A stretch of 57,537 nucleotides of DNA from Polyangiaceae bacterium (GTDB lineage Bacteria > Desulfobacterota > Binatia > UTPRO1). Of the stretch, positions 41,201-49,732 are shown piece after piece. Every line of letters begins with the position of its first letter. The first letter of the stretch is position 1. A program made the position numbers and the translations under genes. Location: positions 1-57,537 of the forward strand of contig JANNPN010000435.1 of assembly GCA_031400185.1 (NCBI GenBank). The letters run 5' to 3'. Under the pieces are notes generated by a model. That model ran no database searches and was not told the DNA's origin. It saw only the letters and a list, made by a program, of their open reading frames with translations.

Positions 41201-43006
41201 CGCGCGGTGCGCCTGCGCGCGGCGTTCGACCATCGCCACGTCTTCCTCGATCCGGATCCCGACCCCGAGGCGTCGTACGCCGAGCGCGAGCGCCTGTTCG
41301 CGCTGCCGCGCTCGAGCTGGGCCGACTACGCCGTCGACCGTTTGAGCACGGGCGGCATGATCGTCGCGCGCGGGACCAAGACGGTTCGCCTCTCGCCCGA
41401 GGCCCGCGCGATGCTCGGCATCGCCGCCGAGACCGTCGACAGCGACCAGTTGATCCAGGCCGTGCTGCGTATGCCGACCGATCTACTGTTCAACGGCGGG
41501 ATCGGCACCTACGTGAAGGCGCAGAGCGAAACCAACGCCGAGGTCGGCGATACGGTGAACGCGGCGGTCCGCGTGAACGCGAACGACCTCCGCGCCCGCG
41601 TCGTCGGCGAAGGCGGCAACCTCGGGGTGACGCAACGCGGCCGGATCGAGCTCGCGCTGACGGGCGGCCGCATCAACACCGACGCGATCGACAACTCGGC
41701 GGGCGTCGACACGTCCGACCACGAGGTGAATCTCAAGATCGCGCTCCAGCCGCTGGTCGCGAGCGGCGCGCTCACCGTGCCCGACCGGAACGCGCTCCTC
41801 GACGAGCTCACCGACGACGTCGCAGCGCTCGTCCTCGAGGACAACCGGAGCCAGCACCGCTCCATCTCGCGGGATCAGAAGCGCAGCGAGACCCACCTCG
41901 CGGAGTTCCGCGAAATGATGAGCGACTTCGAGACATCGGGTCTGCTGGACCGCGCGCTCGAAGCCCTCCCCGACCGCGAGACGTTGCGTGCGCGCCGCGC
42001 GACGTTCCTCGGCCTCACACGTCCCGAGCTCGCGGTCCTCCTGGCGTACGCCAAGATGCACGCGACCCGCCTCCTCGGCACCGACACCGTCTGCGAGGAT
42101 CCGTATCTCGAGCGCGTGCTCTTCTCCTACTTCCCGGCGCGCCTGGTGGACCGCTGCGGCGACGTGCTGCGCGTCCATCGTCTCCGCCGCGCGCTCATCG
42201 CCACGACACTCAGCAACCGGATCGTCGACCTCATGGGCTCGACGTTCTTCACCCGTACGATGCGCGAGAGCGGCGCCACCCTCCCGGAGATCGCGCGCGC
42301 GTTCGTCGTCGTCGACACGGTGACCGGCGGCACGGCGCTTGCGGACCGTGCGAGCGAGGCGGGGCCGGCCGGCGAGGCGCGCGTCCTCGCACTGCTCGTC
42401 GGCGCGCTCGAACGGGCGGTGCACTGGCTCCTTGCGACGTATCCCAGCATTGGACCGCTCGAGACGATGATCGAGCGCTTCCGCGACGGGCTCGTCCTCG
42501 CCGAGCGCTCGCTACCGGCGGCCGAGCGCGAGCGCCGGAGCACGCGGATCGCAATGCTGCTGCCCCCGGACGTCCCGGGCCCACTCGCCGAAGCCTGCGT
42601 CCGGCTCGAGGGGCTCCGCGCCGGGTTCGACGTCGTGCACGTCGCGGCGACGGCGAGCGTCGCGCTCTCGGACGCCAGCACGGCCTACTGGGGCGCGGGC
42701 GACCTCGTCGACTTCACGTGGCTCCGGCAGGCGCTCGACGGCATCGCCAGCGAGGACCGCTGGGAGCGGCGCGCGGTCGAGAGCCTCGGCGCCGAGGTGG
42801 ACGAGCTCCGGCGCAATCTCACGCATCAGCTGCTCGACGGCACCGGCGAGATCCCGGCGCGCGTCGCGACCTTCCGGCTCCGCCGCGCCGGCCTTCTCGA
42901 ACGGATCGGCTCCCTCCAGGACGACCTCCGGAGCGCCCGCAGCGTCACGCTCGCCGCAATCATGGTATTGGTGCGCGAGCTCGGACGATTGGAGGAGGCG
43001 CCATGA
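38216..43006 (+). CDS. gdhB: Large NAD-specific glutamate dehydrogenase
   Basis: ARGGLRWSDR..DFRTEVLGL, KNAVIVP.GAKGGF, YLVVAADKGTATFSD and NTDAIDNSAGV..SDHEVN. Confidence 0.96.
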   Translation: MTAPAAQPADRIASIVALIRARHTGSTGDAIATLATALFTKDGEVWAEEIGDEAAADLAHHGFEFLAAEGPVPRVRTFGTSGPYGDATVLETVLTDRPFIVDTVRECLRTDGIEIRHVLHPLVTTLREPAAAAGMLGRLRGLDAADDTGRCESFVHVVLEPLAAERRAALEATVAARLADLVLVTDDYPALVAATEGIVAHVDAYKGGSVAWDEEVQEVQDLLRWLMAGGFVFLGYRSVSLEDRAGVPTLALDEGSGLGLLRRAASSHYAEPTPVAEIPEPVRSRVVGGPLLVFARTTAVSPVHRRVRMEYIGVKKLDTSGRVRGELRLLGLFTWKAHGDEASEIPVLRRRLQQVLQAERVVPDSHEHREILGVFDSLPKAELFAMSADAIRAEIRMILSAERSDEVTVGFRPDGLEHGVAVTVVLPRDAFSEAIRTRIRDVLTARFDGEVVDDHLVLGDGTHARVHFFLAAPRARVLALRRDELQREIAELTRGWNDRVRDHLIAEHGDSGGAALGERYARIFPDEYQAATAPATAAADVAHLEALAAGAESRIAIVNPTGRDEAYTALKLYLRAPLVLSDVMPVLEHCGLRVFAENAVTLPALGDAPAYLETFLVQTETGARLDVGRDAERLVATVLAVRRGAVESDGLNRLVLTAGLTWQEVQVLRAYAAYGFQIGAAPSRRAPVEALTRHPAQAGLLLRWFAARLDPAADRTRAAAAYETFLTSLGEVPSMADDRMLRAFGNMIAATVRTNYFGGLALGRSESASFKIDCARIEQMPKPRPLYEIFVHGPRMEGVHLRAGRIARGGLRWSDRPDDFRTEVLGLMKTQTVKNAVIVPVGAKGGFIVKGAENRVEKPAASRDAVVDAYRTFIRGLLDVTDNIAGDRVVRPAIVCHDEPDPYLVVAADKGTATFSDVANAVAAEYDFWLGDAFASGGSQGYDHKQMGITARGAWECVVLHFRELDGRDVARDAFTVTGIGDMSGNVFGNGLLRSRAVRLRAAFDHRHVFLDPDPDPEASYAERERLFALPRSSWADYAVDRLSTGGMIVARGTKTVRLSPEARAMLGIAAETVDSDQLIQAVLRMPTDLLFNGGIGTYVKAQSETNAEVGDTVNAAVRVNANDLRARVVGEGGNLGVTQRGRIELALTGGRINTDAIDNSAGVDTSDHEVNLKIALQPLVASGALTVPDRNALLDELTDDVAALVLEDNRSQHRSISRDQKRSETHLAEFREMMSDFETSGLLDRALEALPDRETLRARRATFLGLTRPELAVLLAYAKMHATRLLGTDTVCEDPYLERVLFSYFPARLVDRCGDVLRVHRLRRALIATTLSNRIVDLMGSTFFTRTMRESGATLPEIARAFVVVDTVTGGTALADRASEAGPAGEARVLALLVGALERAVHWLLATYPSIGPLETMIERFRDGLVLAERSLPAAERERRSTRIAMLLPPDVPGPLAEACVRLEGLRAGFDVVHVAATASVALSDASTAYWGAGDLVDFTWLRQALDGIASEDRWERRAVESLGAEVDELRRNLTHQLLDGTGEIPARVATFRLRRAGLLERIGSLQDDLRSARSVTLAAIMVLVRELGRLEEAP

Positions 43007-43338
43007 TCCTGAAGGTGCTCGTGGGATTCTTGTTGGGTTTCATCCTCGGCGTGGCCGGCGCGGTGTTCATGGTCACGTCGGGCGCCGGCAACTACATCAT
43101 CGCGGCGAACCCGCGGGTGCAGGAGCTCGAGGGCAAGATCCGCGAGCTCGAGGACCAGCGAAGCTTCATGGCGCGGCGCCTCGAGGACGTCGCGGGGCGG
43201 AGCGAGCAGATGGCCAAGCGGTTCGAGGAGCTCGTCGTGCGGTTCGAGACCGTGACGCGCTCGCACGCCGCGGCGGCCAATGGCGCGCCTGTGGGCGCGA
43301 ACGACGCGCCCGTGGCGGAGCCCACACCGGCCGAGTAG
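43003..43338 (+). CDS. Small membrane-anchored coiled-coil protein
   Basis: GGAGG RBS, ATGA overlap, N-terminal TM helix, then heptad repeats. Confidence 0.75.
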   Translation: MILKVLVGFLLGFILGVAGAVFMVTSGAGNYIIAANPRVQELEGKIRELEDQRSFMARRLEDVAGRSEQMAKRFEELVVRFETVTRSHAAAANGAPVGANDAPVAEPTPAE

Positions 43339-43394
43339 GGTCGACGCCGCTGTCGCACCACTGCACTGACGAGCCGGGGACCATCGTCCTCGAC

Positions 43395-44648
43395 GTGACG
43401 ACGCTTGCCCACGGCCCCGACGCGGTCGGTCGTCACGAGGGACGCGTGACCTTCGTGCCCGGCGCCGCGCCCGGCGACCGCGTGCGCGCCCGGATCGTCG
43501 AGCAGCACGGGAACTACGCGCGCGCCGTGCTGCTGCACCGCTGCGCACCGGGACCGGCGTTTCGGGCGCCGCCGTGTCCGTGGATCGACGCGTGCGGCGG
43601 CTGCCCGTGGCAGCACGTCGACTACGCGACCCAGCTCGCGTCGAAGCAGTCGAACGTGCGCGAGGCGTTGGCCCGCATCGCGGGCGTGACGGACGCGCAG
43701 CTCCTGCCGATCATCGCCGCACCGAACGAGTGGGCGTATCGCCACCGCATCCGCCTGCACGCCGCTCCCGGCGGCCTGCTCGGATATCGCCGCGCCCGCT
43801 CGCACGACCTGGTCGCGGTCGATCACTGCCTGACCGCCGAGCCGGCGTTGTCGGCGGCGCTCGGTCCGGTCCGCGCGCTGCTCGCGACCCTCGCGACCGC
43901 GCTCGACGACGTCGAGATCGCGAGCAACGGACGCGGAACGGTAGTCGTCGACGCGACCGCGCACGGCCCCTTTCGCGACGAGGATGCCGCACGCATCGGC
44001 GACTGGCTGCGCACCACGCCGCAGATCGTGGGCGTCGCCGTCCGCGGGCGCACCCTCGGATCGATACGAACGTTCGGAGCCACGGACTTCACGATTCGCA
44101 CCGGCGACGACGCGCCGCCGATCACGCAGCGCAGTGGGAGCTTCACCCAGGTGAACCCGCAAGCGAATCGCGCGCTCGTTCGCACCGTCGTCGACTTCGT
44201 GGGCGGCGGCCGCGCGGTGCTCGACCTCTTCTGCGGCGCCGGCAACCTGAGCTTGCCGATCGCGCGCATCGCGACCTCGGTCGTCGGCGTCGACGCCGAT
44301 GCCGTCGGCGTCGCCGATGCCGCGGGGAGCGCCGCCGCGGCCGGTATCGTGTACGTGCGCTTCGAGGCCGGCGCCGCCGCTCGGTTCCGTCGCCGGCGCG
44401 GGCTCGCCGGCGCCGACGTCGTCGTGCTCGACCCGCCGCGGACGGGCGCCATCGCCGTCGCACAGCTCCTTGCGCGCCTCACCCCCGCGCGCATCGTCTA
44501 CGTCTCCTGCGAGCCGAGCACGCTCGCTCGCGACGTCCGCACGCTCGTCGGCGCCGGCTACCGCGTGCATCGTGTGCAACCGATCGACATGTTTCCGCAG
44601 ACCGAGCACGTGGAGACCGTGCTCGAAGCCGTATTGACTGCCCGATAG
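43395..44648 (+). CDS. rlmD: RlmD/TrmA-family RNA (uracil-5)-methyltransferase with TRAM domain and Fe-S cysteines
   Basis: C..CGGC, FTQVN, LDLFCGAGN, LDPPRTG, YVSC and DMFPQTEHVE; the true start may lie upstream. Confidence 0.85.
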   Translation: MTTLAHGPDAVGRHEGRVTFVPGAAPGDRVRARIVEQHGNYARAVLLHRCAPGPAFRAPPCPWIDACGGCPWQHVDYATQLASKQSNVREALARIAGVTDAQLLPIIAAPNEWAYRHRIRLHAAPGGLLGYRRARSHDLVAVDHCLTAEPALSAALGPVRALLATLATALDDVEIASNGRGTVVVDATAHGPFRDEDAARIGDWLRTTPQIVGVAVRGRTLGSIRTFGATDFTIRTGDDAPPITQRSGSFTQVNPQANRALVRTVVDFVGGGRAVLDLFCGAGNLSLPIARIATSVVGVDADAVGVADAAGSAAAAGIVYVRFEAGAAARFRRRRGLAGADVVVLDPPRTGAIAVAQLLARLTPARIVYVSCEPSTLARDVRTLVGAGYRVHRVQPIDMFPQTEHVETVLEAVLTAR

Positions 44649-44692
44649 TCGCCCGATACGGTCGTCATAGACGATTTCTGTACGGCTGACTG

Positions 44693-44938
44693 ATGGCCCA
44701 AGACGAAAAAACCGCCCGCGCCAAGGTCACGATCATCTCCGGCAAGGGGGTGTCCCAAACCATCAACTATCTGCTCGAGGACCGTGACGAGCTCGAGTGG
44801 GTGGTAGCCGTCGGACGCAACAAGAGCGGCGAGATCTTCTTCTACGACACGGGCGGCGATATCGTCGAAGACCTCGGCACCCTCGAGTACTTGAAGCAGC
44901 GGATCATCCGCGCCCACTTCGGCGACGAGCCGGAGTAA
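44693..44938 (+). CDS. Small acidic hypothetical protein
   Basis: 81-aa ATG ORF with protein-like composition and host-like codon usage. Confidence 0.7.
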   Translation: MAQDEKTARAKVTIISGKGVSQTINYLLEDRDELEWVVAVGRNKSGEIFFYDTGGDIVEDLGTLEYLKQRIIRAHFGDEPE

Positions 44939-44975
44939 CCCGCCGGCGATCGGATCTCGCCGTAGCCTCGGGCGC

Positions 44976-45359
44976 TCAGCGCTGCTCGGGCACGCTGGCA
45001 GTCAACTGATCGGGGATGGTCGCGATCAGGTGGTCGCCTTCGATTCGGAGTGGAACGCGGATCAGGAAGCGGCCGCAGGGCGGACCGGACACGCACTCTC
45101 CCGTCGCCGGCTCGTAGAGTGCGCCGTGGGTCGCGCAGACGATCCAGCAGCCGGTGTCGTCGAGGAAGCGGCCCTCGACCCAGTCCATCGTGATCTCGAC
45201 GTGGCGGCAGCGGTTGACCCACGCATGCACCTCGCCGCGCACGTTCACGAGAAAGGCCTCGGTCGGCTCGCCCGCGGTCGGCAGCAAGAACTTCCGCGTC
45301 GTGCCGGGCACGAGATCGCCGACGGTGCCGACGACGACGTCGCGTGGCGATTGCTCCAT
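44976..45359 (-). CDS. Rieske [2Fe-2S] ferredoxin-like protein
   Basis: NRCRH and CATHGA motifs, GECVSGP. Confidence 0.92.
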   Translation of the reverse strand: MEQSPRDVVVGTVGDLVPGTTRKFLLPTAGEPTEAFLVNVRGEVHAWVNRCRHVEITMDWVEGRFLDDTGCWIVCATHGALYEPATGECVSGPPCGRFLIRVPLRIEGDHLIATIPDQLTASVPEQR

Positions 45360-45397
45360 CCGGACGACTTGCCTACCATGCCGTCGCGTCCCCACCA

Positions 45398-46615
45398 ATG
45401 GAGACACCGCTTCCGAAGCTCCGCAGCATCGAGACGTTCCCCGTCGACGTCGACAGCAAGCCGCTCGTCTTCCTCCGCGATCCGCTGCGTTACGCGGCTG
45501 ATCCCCTGCTCGTCCCCTACCCTGCATACTTCATCGTGACCCTGCTCGACGGCCGCCGCTCCGCGGAGGACGTGCGGCGCGCGTTCACGCGGCAGTACGG
45601 CACGCCGCTCGACGCGCGCGAGCTCGACGCGTTCGTCGCGACGCTCGATGAGCACCACTACCTCGACTCGACGCGCTTCGACGCGCGGCGGAGCACGATC
45701 GACGGCGAGTTCCGTGCCGCCGCGACGCGCGCACCGGCGCACGCGGGCACGAGCTATCCCGAAGAGCCCGCGGCGCTTCGCGCGCGGGTCGACGGCTTCT
45801 ACACGGATCTCGCGCGTCCAGTGAGCGCCACACCGCTTGCCGGGCTGGTCGCGCCGCACATCGACCTCCGCCTCGGCGGCCGCGCCTACGGTTGCGCGTA
45901 CGCCGCCGTCGCCGCGGCGCCCGCCGCCCGCTATGTCATCCTCGGAACCTCGCACGCCGCCGGGACGCGGCGTTTCGCGGTCACGCGGAAGGACTTCACG
46001 ACGCCGCTCGGCACCGTCCCGACCGACCGGGCGTTCGTGGACCGACTCGCGGCAACGATGTCCACCGACCTCTTCGCGGACGAGATCCTGCATCGCACCG
46101 AGCACGCGATCGAGTTCCAGGTCGTCATGCTGCAGCACGCGCTCGGCGCCCGGCCGTTCACGATCGTGCCGATCCTGGTCACGTCGATCCACGATTTGAT
46201 CGCGCGCGCGAGAGCGCCGGGCGCCGACCACGCGATCGCCGAGCTCGTCGCAGCGCTCCGCGCGGCGCTCGTCTCCGACGACGTGCCGACCGTCATCATC
46301 GCGGGTGTCGACTTCGCGCACGTCGGCCGCAAGTTCGGCGATCCGGCGGGCCTCACGCCGGAGCTCCTCGCCGCGACCGAAGCGAAGGATCGGCGCTTGC
46401 TCGCCGCGCTCGCCGCCGGCGATCCGGACGGTTTCTTCGCCGCGCTCGCCGCGGACGCCGATCGCACCCGCGTCTGCGGCGCGGCTCCTCTCTGCGTCTT
46501 CCTCGAGCTCATGCGCGGCGTTCCCGGTCGGCTGCTCTCGTACGACGGCACCCGCGACGACGGGACCCGCTCGCTCGTGACGTTCGCGAGCCTCGCCTTC
46601 GATCACCCCGCATGA
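45398..46615 (+). CDS. amrB: AmmeMemoRadiSam protein B (MEMO1 family) with N-terminal extension
   Basis: APHID, GTSH, TPLG, EHAIEFQ, DFAHVG and VCG. Confidence 0.85.
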   Translation: METPLPKLRSIETFPVDVDSKPLVFLRDPLRYAADPLLVPYPAYFIVTLLDGRRSAEDVRRAFTRQYGTPLDARELDAFVATLDEHHYLDSTRFDARRSTIDGEFRAAATRAPAHAGTSYPEEPAALRARVDGFYTDLARPVSATPLAGLVAPHIDLRLGGRAYGCAYAAVAAAPAARYVILGTSHAAGTRRFAVTRKDFTTPLGTVPTDRAFVDRLAATMSTDLFADEILHRTEHAIEFQVVMLQHALGARPFTIVPILVTSIHDLIARARAPGADHAIAELVAALRAALVSDDVPTVIIAGVDFAHVGRKFGDPAGLTPELLAATEAKDRRLLAALAAGDPDGFFAALAADADRTRVCGAAPLCVFLELMRGVPGRLLSYDGTRDDGTRSLVTFASLAFDHPA

Positions 46616-47202
46616 GCGCGCCCGATGTCGCCGAGATCCGGCGGGCGCTCGGCGCGCACGTACCCGCGGTCATCACGCCAACCGCCAAGCACGCCGCGGT
46701 CGCTGCGATCCTCCACCAGTCGCCGCGCGGCGCCGAGCTGCTCTTCATCGAGCGTGCGCGGCACCCACAGGATCCGTGGTCGGGCCACATGGCCTTTCCC
46801 GGCGGCCGCGTGGATCCCGGCGACGCGACCACGCAGCACGCGGCCGAGCGCGAGACGCTCGAGGAGGTCCGCATCCATCTCGGCAGCGCCGAGCTCCTCG
46901 GCCGCCTCGACGACGTCGAGGGCGCGCCGCCGGGCTTCGACTCGCTCGTGGTCTCCGCATTCGTCTACGGTCTCGATGGCCCGGTGCCGGCGACACCGAA
47001 CTACGAGGTGCGCGACGTCCTCTGGGTCCCCCTCGCACACCTGCTCGACCCCGGCCGGCGCGTACCGTTCTACTGGCCGCGCGAGCAGCGGACCGCGCAC
47101 TATCCCGGCATCCTCGTGGGTGAACCGGATCGCCACGTCGTCTGGGGCCTCACCTACCGCTTCCTCGAGCTCTTCTTCGTGGCGATCGGTCGACAGTTGT
47201 AG
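46612..47202 (+). CDS. Second Nudix CoA pyrophosphatase-like protein
   Basis: AAVA, DPWSGHMAFPGG, AERETLEEV and VWGLT. Confidence 0.88.
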   Translation: MSAPDVAEIRRALGAHVPAVITPTAKHAAVAAILHQSPRGAELLFIERARHPQDPWSGHMAFPGGRVDPGDATTQHAAERETLEEVRIHLGSAELLGRLDDVEGAPPGFDSLVVSAFVYGLDGPVPATPNYEVRDVLWVPLAHLLDPGRRVPFYWPREQRTAHYPGILVGEPDRHVVWGLTYRFLELFFVAIGRQL

Positions 47203-47214
47203 CAGTTGCCGGCG

Positions 47215-48438
47215 TCACAGCGCCGCGACCGCCGCGATCGCCCGCTCGAGCTCCGCGAGCGTACCGCACGCGACCACCGCGTCGACGTGACGCGCATAGG
47301 TTGCGATCACGCTGTCGCCGGTGTTCCAGCGCTCCTGCGGGTCGGGGTTCAGCCAGAGCAGGCGGCGCACACGGGCGCGCGCCGCCGCCAGCAGATCGGC
47401 GCGCGGCGGCCGGCGGTTGTTGCGTGCGTCGCCGAGCACGACGAGCACGGTGTCGGCGCCGAGGACGGCGGCTTCCTCGTCGGCGAGGTCGCGCAAGACG
47501 CGACCGAAGTCGGAGCGTGCCATCAGATCGATCGGCGCCGCCGGCCGCACCTGCCCCGCCTCGAACTCGATCTCGACGAGACGGTCGACGTAGCCGAAGA
47601 GCCGGACGCGGCGGAAGTACGTGCCCGCGGGCGCAAGCAGCGAGAGGAAGAACGCGGTCGCCGTCGCTGCCGACGCCGAGAGATCGACGAGCGCCACGAG
47701 ATCGGGTGTACCCCGCCGGCGACGGCGATAGCGGCGCTCGAACGCCACCCCGCCGCGCGGTACGGCGGCGCGGATCGTCCGGCGGAAGTCGAGGCGGCCC
47801 GTCGCGCGCGGTTGGAGCCGGCGGCGCACGCGCGCTGCCACTCGAACCGTGATCGCACGCGCGAGCGCGGCGCACTCGGCGACGTCAGCCGCCGTCATGG
47901 CACGGAACGGCAGCCGGGAGAGGCGCCGCTCGCGGCCGAGCCGCGCGAGCGCTTTCCCGGCGTCCGTGTCCCCCTGCGCGTCGCCTTCGCCGCGAGCACG
48001 CTGATGGTCCGCTGCGTCGCGGTCCGCGGACGGCGACCGCGGGTCGATTCCGGACGATGGATCCCGCGCTGCCGCGCTCCGCGCCGGACGCATCTCCGCG
48101 TGCGACGATCCGGTACCGGCGGCGCTCGCACCGTCGCCGAGTCCGCTCCCAGCACCCTCGCCTTCGCCCTCCGCCGCCGCTCGACGCCGCGTGCGTGTGC
48201 GCCGCTGGTCCGCTCGCACCTCGTGCGGCCGCGCGGGGAACGTCGCGTCGAACGCCGCGAGGAAGACCGGCCGCTCGCACTCGTCCTTCACGAGCGTCGC
48301 GGCGAGCGCGTCGCGGAGCGCATGGCGCTCGATCCCCAGCAACGCCACCGCCTGCGCCGCATCCATGGCCTCTGCGACACTGACTGCCACCTCCGCGCGA
48401 CGCAGCCGGCCGACCAGCTCGGCGAGCCGCTCCTTCAT
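47215..48438 (-). CDS. vWA domain protein, CoxE-like
   Basis: GRLDFRRTIR, DLSAS MIDAS, LGDARNN and WLNP...WNTGDS. Confidence 0.9.
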   Translation of the reverse strand: MKERLAELVGRLRRAEVAVSVAEAMDAAQAVALLGIERHALRDALAATLVKDECERPVFLAAFDATFPARPHEVRADQRRTRTRRRAAAEGEGEGAGSGLGDGASAAGTGSSHAEMRPARSAAARDPSSGIDPRSPSADRDAADHQRARGEGDAQGDTDAGKALARLGRERRLSRLPFRAMTAADVAECAALARAITVRVAARVRRRLQPRATGRLDFRRTIRAAVPRGGVAFERRYRRRRRGTPDLVALVDLSASAATATAFFLSLLAPAGTYFRRVRLFGYVDRLVEIEFEAGQVRPAAPIDLMARSDFGRVLRDLADEEAAVLGADTVLVVLGDARNNRRPPRADLLAAARARVRRLLWLNPDPQERWNTGDSVIATYARHVDAVVACGTLAELERAIAAVAAL

Positions 48439-48527
48439 ACCGTGCGAGCCCGCGAGCGCCCCCCGGCGATCGTGCAGGGATGCGGCAGGCAGGACCCGCG
48501 CTTTCCCTGAGATTTCACGGGGTCAGG

Positions 48528-48543
48528 TGGCATCGGCGTTGCT
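48528..48543 (+). promoter_or_regulatory. sigma54 -24/-12 promoter, probably giving a leaderless transcript
   Basis: TGGCAT-CGGCG-TTGCT; predicted +1 at about 48554, ATG at 48555. Confidence 0.6.
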
Positions 48544-48554
48544 CCTCCGGGCGC

Positions 48555-48857
48555 ATGCACGGCCGCTGGCAGCTCGCCATTCTGGTTGCCTTGAACCTGG
48601 CGCTGCAGCTCTTCGACGGCGTCGCGACGTACGTCGGCTGGGAGCGCCACGGCGAGATGAACCCGATCCTCTCGGCCGGCTTCGAGCAGATCGGCGCGGG
48701 ACCGACGCTGCTGATCGCCAAGTCGTTCGCGATCGCGCTGGTGATCGTGATCGCGATGACCCCGCGCCGCTCACTCGCCACGCTCGGTCTTGCGCTGACG
48801 TTCACGGCCTACACCGCATTCTCGTTCGTGCCGTGGTCCCAGCGTCTGTTCGGCTGA
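48555..48857 (+). CDS. Small membrane protein, DUF5658-like
   Basis: LQLFDGVATY..G...EMNP and K within a TM helix; three hydrophobic segments. Confidence 0.75.
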   Translation: MHGRWQLAILVALNLALQLFDGVATYVGWERHGEMNPILSAGFEQIGAGPTLLIAKSFAIALVIVIAMTPRRSLATLGLALTFTAYTAFSFVPWSQRLFG

Positions 48858-48860
48858 TCC

Positions 48861-49721
48861 TCAACGCCTGAGCGCGGCGATCTTCGGCTCCGCCTTGCGG
48901 AAGTCGTCCTCGTGCTTCAGCAGGACGGCGAGCGTTCGGCGGACCGGCTCGGGCTCGAGCTCGCGGATGCCGAGCGCGACCAGCGCACGCGCCCAGTCGA
49001 GTGTCTCCGCGATGCTCGGCGACTTCTTGAGCCCGAGCTTCCGGAGCTGCGCGACGAACTCGGCGACGCGGGCGCGGAGCTGCTCGTCGAGCGCCGGAAC
49101 CTTGAGCGCGATGATCTCGCGCTCCTTCTCGACGCCGGGACAGTCGAGATAGAGGTGCAGACACCGGCGCTTGAGCGCCTCGGAAAGCTCGCGGCGCTGG
49201 TTGGAGGTGAGGATCACGACCGGCCGCTCGCGTGCCGTGAGCGTCCCCAGCTCCGGGACGGTCACTTGATACTCGGCGAGCACCTCGAGCAGGAAGGCCT
49301 CGAGCTCCTCGTCGGCTTTGTCGACCTCATCGACCAAGAGCACCGCGCGCCGCGGCGCGCTGATCGCACGAAGCAACGGGCGCTCGAGGAGGTACTCGCG
49401 GGAGAAAATGTGGCCCTTGAGCTCGTCCCACGCGGTGCCGTCACGATCGGCCTGCAAGCGCATCAGCTGCTTCTGGTAGTTCCACTCGTAGAGCGCGTGC
49501 GAGGCGTCGAGGCCCTCGTAGCATTGGAGACGGATCACCTCGGTCTCGAGCATCGCGGCGACGACCTTCGCGAGCTCCGTCTTCCCGGCGCCGGCCGGCC
49601 CCTCGACGAGAAGCGGCTTCTCGAGGACGAGCGCCAGGTAGACGACGGTCTCGACGCGCGGGGTCGTGACGTAGCGCGCCGCCGCCATGCCCGCGCGCAC
49701 CGCCTCCGCCGTGATCTCCAT
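48861..49721 (-). CDS. MoxR/CoxD-type AAA+ ATPase
   Basis: EGPAGAGKT, RLQCYEGLD, LVDEVDK, SEALKRRC and PSIAETLDW. Confidence 0.93.
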   Translation of the reverse strand: MEITAEAVRAGMAAARYVTTPRVETVVYLALVLEKPLLVEGPAGAGKTELAKVVAAMLETEVIRLQCYEGLDASHALYEWNYQKQLMRLQADRDGTAWDELKGHIFSREYLLERPLLRAISAPRRAVLLVDEVDKADEELEAFLLEVLAEYQVTVPELGTLTARERPVVILTSNQRRELSEALKRRCLHLYLDCPGVEKEREIIALKVPALDEQLRARVAEFVAQLRKLGLKKSPSIAETLDWARALVALGIRELEPEPVRRTLAVLLKHEDDFRKAEPKIAALRR

Positions 49722-49732
49722 GAGTGGGTTCT

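Noticed and set aside
31582-47202. Two CoA-type Nudix paralogues
   Set aside because: Divergent, and multiple copies are common; no sign of recent duplication.
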